Of a DNA stretch of 64,000 nucleotides, positions 51,525 to 64,000 are shown piece by piece. Origin of the DNA: the human T2T-CHM13v2.0 reference genome, Homo sapiens; NCBI RefSeq assembly GCF_009914755.1, contig NC_060938.1; one strand, 5' to 3'. A program made the position numbers and the translations under genes. Below the pieces are notes generated by a model. It was not told the DNA's origin, did no database searches, and was given only the letters and a program-made list of their open reading frames with translations. Numbering within the stretch: the first letter of the stretch is position 1; every line of letters begins with the position of its first letter.

Positions 51525-51597
51525 ACCTTTCCAGCTCATCCCACCTCTGCCACCAAAACACTCATCGCGGGGTCAGAGGGAGTGCCAAAAAAGGTAA
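51525..51597 (+). ncRNA. MIR1260A: MIR1260A annotated precursor hairpin; mature ATCCCACCTCTGCCACCA at 51538-51555; antisense to the NGB 3'UTR
   Basis: ACCTTTCCAGCTCATCCC...GCCAAAAAAGGTAA recognised as hsa-mir-1260a; the ends ACCTTT and AAAGGT pair. Its status as a genuine miRNA is doubtful (see findings). Confidence 0.8.
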
Positions 51598-51842
51598 AAA
51601 GAAACGCAAGAAAGAGGCTACTGGGGATGAGGGGACACCCAGAAGCCCCTTCCTGGAGGAAAAGCCACTCCTTCTGCAGCTGGACTCTAGGATACTGAGA
51701 CCCAGCCCTGCCCCATCACCTCTCCAGTGTGGCCAAGGGGACAAGGACCAAGATGCAGGGAAGCTTGGGGAGCCTGGGCTACAACAGATACAGGCCAACA
51801 GACAGACACAGATGGATGGGGGCTGCCGGGCGGGGTCGCCTC

Positions 51843-56282
<4,440 letters not shown>

Positions 56283-57156
56283 GCTGTCCCGGGGACGCGG
56301 AGCGCGGGGCTGGGACCCTCAGGGCTCGGGTGCCGTCACCGCACGTGCCGCGCCATCTCCTCCGCGACGCGGTCCCCTCCGCCCCTCGTACGCCCCCCGT
56401 GCCTCCGCCCGGCGGGGGCCGCAGCCGCTCCTTCCCTGGCGCGGGAGAGAAAAGGCGCGCGGCCAGTCGTAGGTGGAGACACCCCAGCTGTGCTTCCGGG
56501 GACCCCGCTTGGCCGCTGCGCCCTGCGCCCCGCAGCCGCCAGAGCCGCCCCACCCCGCGACGCCTGGGCTGGGCGCTTTAAAGCCGCCACGGCCCCCGCC
56601 CCCTCCAGGCCAGCAAGGCGCGCGCTCCCTCCGCCAGCCGCTATGGTGGCCTGGGAAAGGCCCGGCCTGCAGAACGTAACTGACATCGCGGAGGCTCTCT
56701 GGGCCTCAGTTTCTCCTCCCGAGCCCCGAGGGCACTGTGTTGAATTTGGTCGCCTCAGGTAGGCGCTGCATGCGCCCCCTCTCCACAGGCCCCTCAACTC
56801 ACGCATTGCCAGAGGCATTTGAGTTTGCCACCCACCTGGCCTGCAGGTCAGGCCTGGGGAGGCGGCCTAGGGGCCTAGTTCTCGGTCTGACTAGGGCACC
56901 AGCACACGTTGGGGGCCACCAGGGCTTTCAGCCGTAGGGACAGGGCCAAGACCACAGCCATTCCCAGCCAGGCCTGGGTTTTTTTGAGACTCCATCTTTA
57001 GAAAGCCGTGAGATCCAGTTCTAATCCCAGCTCTGCTTGGCCAGGGTGGAATCTTGAGGGAGTTCAGCTCTAACATTCTACCGTTCCATGATTTAATTTT
57101 AATTTTAATTTTAATTTTTCACCTCTTCCCTCCCTGGGCCTTCCCCACTTCCATGA

Positions 57157-57464
<308 letters not shown>

Positions 57465-58789
57465 TTTTTTTTTTTTTTTTTTTAACGGAAGTACTGTTTA
57501 ATTTTTTCAATAGAAGTTCAGATAATAGAATCCATGCTCCCCACTCAGGGTGTGCAATTGGCCACCTGCCAATTACAACTAAACTTTTCTCTTTCAAGCA
57601 GAAAGTTCCTCAAGCCCCAGCCCAGTGCTGGTGGCCCAGGTTTGGGAGAGCAAGCCCGTTTTCACCTTTATTTCTCTCTCATTATTCCCTCAGGGGTCTC
57701 CGAGCCTATCTCCTCTGTCTGTCCACGCCTCTCTGGCCCTGTTTCCTCAGTTGTGCAGCAAAGGGGTTGGGTGGTGAGGTCTCTGGGACCTTTTAGTCCA
57801 CCTCCTTTAGTTCCATGGGTAGAAGGTGGGTGTTCTTGAGCCCCTGGTTATGAACAGCTGGGGCTCCATGCCCAGCCCTGTGCTAGACATGGAGTGGCGA
57901 GTCCTGGTCTTTAAAATTTCTCCTTCTGGCCCTGAATCAGAACTGAGTGCCTCAGCAGAACTTTTCTTTCCTACTCCTAGCCATGCCCCAGGAAATCATC
58001 TAGCTGTTCTCCCTCTTCCAAGGACTCAGGAGTTTGTGGTAACCCCTATTCTATTTCCCATTTCCTCACAAATCTCTGGGCTGGAGCAGGAGAGCAAGGC
58101 TATAAGGCAGCCTGGAAAAGCTGGTGTCCTAGGGTCCAAGAGGTCTCCAAGCAAGAACACAAAGTGATTGGGGCTGAAGGAACAAGACGTGACTAAACTT
58201 CCAGCTTGGGGTCCCGTGGACCTGCAGCCAGGTGCAGCAGGTCACAGGGCAAGGACACGTGTCATTGGTGACCTTCACTATTCAGTGCCCAGATGCTCAG
58301 TGCTCTGTGCAGGCCACCTGGCTGGTCTCAGGTACCCCACTCTACCCAGCTCACGCTTCTTGCCAGCAATCTATACTTAGGACCCATCTTGCTTCCTCTC
58401 TCCTCTGGCCAGGGTCTGGAGTCTGATGAGGTAGTGGGAGTTAACGGCCCTAGCTAGTAAGTAGAGTCAGTACTCAAACCATGGCTTCACTCTTTGTCTT
58501 CCTAGAGCCAGGAGATATGTGCTAAGATAAGCCAAGGTAAGTGCACTCTATCCCTGCTCCCTTCAAGAAAGGCCTGAGAATCTGGATGGGCCTAAGCGAT
58601 GAGAGTGATGTATTCCCATCAGTAGACCAAGGGTCCAAGCCCACATTTGAGGGGCTCAGTAAAAGTCACAGGAGTCTCCTCCCTGTGGGTCATCCGCCCA
58701 GGAGGTAAGAACCTAGAGGAGAATTCAAGTACTGTCCCAGAGCCAGTGCTGGTCATTGAGGTTCATGTATCATTAATAATACAGAGCTG

Positions 58790-58990
58790 GCATTTATGTC
58801 TAGACAGTGTTCCGGGCACCTTACTTCATTTCCTCTTTTCATCCTCACAATAACTACGAAGTAGGTGCTATTTATCATACCCTCGTTTTACAGCTGAGGA
58901 AATGGAGGCAAAGAGGTTAAGTAACTAGCCCAAGCTCACATAGGTAATAAGCGGTGGGGCCAGGATTTGACCTCAGGTCTCTCTGGCCCA
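58790..58990 (-). mobile_element. MIR
   Basis: ttttacagctgaggaaatggaggcaaagaggttaagtaactagcccaag. Confidence 0.8.
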
Positions 58991-59083
58991 TCCTGTAGGC
59001 CTCCATGCCTCCCTTGCTTTAATGGGCTGTGGCCAAGAGCCCCAGCCATAATTCAGACCAAGCCATGGTCACTGGGTCTGGTT

Positions 59084-59288
59084 CAGCGGTGTGCTGGAGC
59101 CAGCTTTCATATGGCTTTCAAGAACCAACTGTATGCATCTCTTTCCAACTTCTCATTCAGTGACATCAAGTTGGTAGCTTAAAAAAGAACATGTTGGGAA
59201 TATTTACACCATGGAAATTGGCAAATGCTATACACACCAGTTTTTCCTCCCAGAACACCTGTTGTTAAACATCTACCAGCACACACTG
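59084..59288. mobile_element. hAT MITE (MER63-like)
   Basis: TIRs CAGCGGTGTGCTGG / CCAGCACACACTG; degenerate 8-bp TSD gtctggtt / atctgggt. Confidence 0.7.
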
Positions 59289-60320
59289 ATCTGGGTGCAC
59301 CTGGGGGAGCCAGGAAAACCTGGGCCCTAGATGAGCGGCTGCTGATGCATTAAGCAGAAGGCCCACGGGAAGGTGCTGCGTCAGGGACCTCGGGCTGAGT
59401 GCTCAGGCCTTCTCCCCAGGGTATCTAAGGCTGCAGCTGTTCTGGGAAGGTGCCTCTAGTCCCAGGACAAGACTAGAGAGGCAGAAAAACCCAAACTTGG
59501 CACTGAGTCCTGGCTCTACTATTTACTTGTTGTGGGACCTTAAGACAAGTCATTTAATCTCTCATGGGTAGAATGGGAACAAAAACATCATTGACTTCAC
59601 TGGGCCTTTATGAGGATTAAATGTCAGAGATGTGTTGAGACTTTGTAAACTAAGCTGTGCCACTCAAGGAAGAGTGACTTGGCCCCTTCCTAAACTGCCT
59701 GTCGTAGGCATGTTCCACCTCCTGAAGATCCACATGCCCCTCTCTCCCCACCAGCCCCTACCAGAGGGTGGCTAGGCAGCCCAGAAGCCCCCCAGTTCCA
59801 CAGCACAGTGCTACTCCCCTCCCCCATCCTCTGTCCAACACTCAGGTCAGCTCCTGCTGCCTTCAGCTCCTAAGCATCACTCCTGATAACAGGAGACACC
59901 TGTCAAGATGGGGACCTCTGTTAGGCAGAATGGCAAGTTGCTACAGCACTGGGATACTCGGCTGTCTGGGAAGGGGACAACTTCTTCTTGCACTCCTTTC
60001 TATGCCATGTGAACAGGTTAAAAGAGGACAAATCAGAGGTCCAGCTTCCTACTTATTTTGGAATCAGTTTAAATATACCAAAATGACGACCAACATTACT
60101 CAAGTAACTGTACACATGGGGAGATCCAAATGCCTCCTGGAGTAATCAGGCTCACCTGCCCAGCCCAGGTCTTCTGCTGGAATTAGATCAGCCTCAGACA
60201 TGACACACGGGGTGGTTCCTGCACTCAAAACAATTCTTCTCAGGGAGGCCTTTCTGGGAGCAGAGGGCAAGTCGGATTCAATTAAGTACAAGGACAACAA
60301 GGCATTCAAAACAAGTGTTA

Positions 60321-60326
60321 TTTATT
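60321..60326 (-). terminator. POMT2 polyadenylation signal (3'UTR ~60300-62724)
   Basis: tttatt on + in an AT-rich context, TTGTTTTG just downstream on -. Confidence 0.75.
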
Positions 60327-62500
60327 ATAAAATCAGTGGCTTCTGATTAGAAGACTTTTTTTTTTTAAACCAAATAGGCTCAAGAAGCTGGCTGGAGGTC
60401 GAATTGGCTGACGAACATCTTCTTCCTCCACCAGCAGTTTGTGGGACACATCACGTTTCTGCCAAGTGCTACAGCTGAAGCCCATATTCATAGAAGCACC
60501 CTGACAGCCCTTCTCCAGCAACTTCCAGAAAACAGAACCTGAGCACTCAAAGCTGCATCAGCCCATGTGGCCTTGCTCCCAGAGAAGCATCTGCCAGTTT
60601 GGGCATGGAGGAACAGAAAGTGGGCAGGGAATTCTCCTTGGCTCCTTAGAAGGCAGTGGGAGCCCAGGGAAGCGTTCGGCCCCAGTGCAGCCTAATTGGG
60701 AGGGAGGGATGGGTAGAGGCTGGCTGGGCTTCTCCTTCCTCACCCTCATGCAAGGTGGCTGCCCCTCTGGCTCCTTCAGAGCTCTTCCCTTCCAAGTTCC
60801 TACTGAGAAATAAGAAGGCACAAAGGAAAATCAGCCACCTCCTGGAGGTCACTGTGGGCCACCTGCTTTGCTAAGAGCCAAGCACAGACCCCTGCATTCT
60901 CCCTGCAGGAGAGCCCACCCGGCTCAGAAGAAAGCAATTCCGCCTGTGGGGAGGAGAGGAAGGGAGGGGAGGGGAGGACACACGGTGAGGTGGAAGCAGC
61001 GAGCAGAGCTTCTCCATCCCTCCTCTCCTTCCCTGCCAGAAATGCAATTAAGCAAGTGGCCCAGACTCAGCCGCACAGACAGCGCTTCCTGCTGGGGGAA
61101 GTCAAAAGGGCTGTAGCAGTGGGAAAGGGAGGTCATCGGGCCCCAGATCTAATTAACCAACCTGCCTTGCTTTTGACGTTGCTGCATTTCCTCTATTAAC
61201 ATTAATGATGGTTGGTCTGAATGTCCAAGCATGGCCAGAAGCTTCCCTCCCCACCACCCAGTAGGTAGCACAGCCTGTCCCTGGGACCAATATCCAGTCT
61301 CCGTGGCAACCGCCTCCTGAAGATGCTTTAAAGAGATCTGACCCTGTCAGAGTTGTTGGGAGCTTCAGAGGAGGGAAAATGGAGTGTGGCGGATTCATCA
61401 TTAAATATTGAAGCATCAAAGTCCTCTGAGACAAAAGAAATATTTTGTCATGCACCAGGAAGGTGGAGGCAGGCTTAAGGGCTGGCCTTGGGTGGTTTGG
61501 TTCTACCACAGGGTTTTCTTCATCCCTTTTGGGGAGGAAGTGGAAGGGGCAGCTCTGAGCTTCTTGTTTGAGCTGCAGAGTGGTAGACGCAGGAAGCTGG
61601 CATGCATTTCTAGGTGCCATGGGTCTTCACTGCTGAAGCAGTGACAGAGAGAAAGGGAATTGCCCACGGAGTGAGGGAGGGGTGAGCAGAGGAGGACTGC
61701 AGAAGTGACACTGGGAAAGCTCAGCAGGTGACAGGAACATTAGTCTGGAGAGGCCAGAGTCCCCACATCCCAGCACCACGCAGATTCCCTGCCCTGTCTC
61801 TCATCTACCTTGGGCGCTAAGCAAGGTTCCCATGGGCTCTCCCAGCAGCCAGGAGAATGCATCTGCCTTGCCCTCCAGGCCAGGCTAGATGCACTTGGAG
61901 AGACCTGGCCTCTGGCACACAGGGCCTGGGAACACTGAGCAGCCCAGGATAGGACATCGTTCCTCCCGAGTGTCACAGTGTGACAATCCCAAAAAACGAG
62001 GAACCAAGGGCTAAGGCAGGCTGACGCTCCGGAGTCCGCTGCTCTCTGTGCGTCACAGGCAGGAAGTCCAGCTACCTGCAGCCACTGGGGGGCATGGTGG
62101 GAGCCAGGCCCTCCAGCTCGGGGCGGCGCGCCTTCCTCCACGCTGGATTCATTTGTTTGTGGGAGGGAGGGCAGCACAACTTTGACAGTCCCATCTGCTC
62201 TGCCTTTGGTGACATCCCAAGGTGAGGTCAGTATTCTCTGCCCTCAAGGCCCTCTCAGAGGTCTGAGAATTTTTGATGGATCTTACAAACCAAAACCAAA
62301 GAAATCCAACAGAAAAAAATACCAGAAAATATTACTATAGCCTGGACTATTTTAGAGTTTATGACACTCAGCTGTCCAGTTACACGGTCTGTATTCCACA
62401 GGGATATGGACAACATGCCCTCACATACACACACGCGCACCCACTCCCACCCTCTGGCACCCATCCTCCCCTGCGCTGTGCACGAGGGAGCAGCCCAAGA

Positions 62501-62525
62501 GGCGCTGTCCTCTCCGTGGTGCTGT
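62501..62525 (-). promoter_or_regulatory. REST/NRSF element (RE1/NRSE)
   Basis: Minus strand ACAGCACCACGGAGAGGACAGCGCC versus consensus TCAGCACCNNGGACAGCGCC. Confidence 0.6.
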
Positions 62526-62724
62526 GGACGGAGCTGCGGCTCTCTCCCGGCTCTCTCCAATGCTGGGTTCCATTCCAGCTGCACTCCCAGAGCTGGGTCC
62601 TGGTGAGCAGCAGAATTCTTCGGGCTCCTTAGGCAGCTTCCTCATGGCCGGATGGTCCAGTACTGCTTCCCAGCTGGCTCTCCTGGGAAGTTCCTGGACC
62701 CAGGCTGGAATCTTTGCAGTGGCC

Positions 62725-63999
<1,275 letters not shown>

Positions 64000-64000
64000 T

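Overview
Human (primate) genomic DNA. I recognise it from the encoded proteins as the TMEM63C-NGB-POMT2 locus. The + strand carries all 22 coding exons of TMEM63C, an OSCA/TMEM63 mechano/osmosensitive cation channel. They splice at GT-AG sites into one open 806-codon frame (4614-42033), followed by a ~2.8 kb 3'UTR. The - strand carries the complete 4-exon neuroglobin gene NGB (151 aa, CpG-island promoter) and the last two coding exons plus 3'UTR of POMT2. The MIR1260A hairpin lies antisense within the NGB 3'UTR. Introns hold many Alu, L1, L2, MIR, MaLR-LTR and hAT relics, two large VNTRs and several microsatellites. I see no new multi-gene system. The best leads are regulatory: a 17/18-nt tRNA-Leu 3'-fragment complement in the NGB 3'UTR, a strong REST/NRSE in the POMT2 3'UTR upstream of NGB, a strong-Kozak uORF in the NGB leader, a six-copy RBFOX cluster, a possible TMEM63B-like Q/R editing hairpin, and an unexplained coding-like antisense segment in the last TMEM63C intron. 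Exon boundaries were read and phase-checked by hand. Repeat boundaries and subfamily names are approximate.
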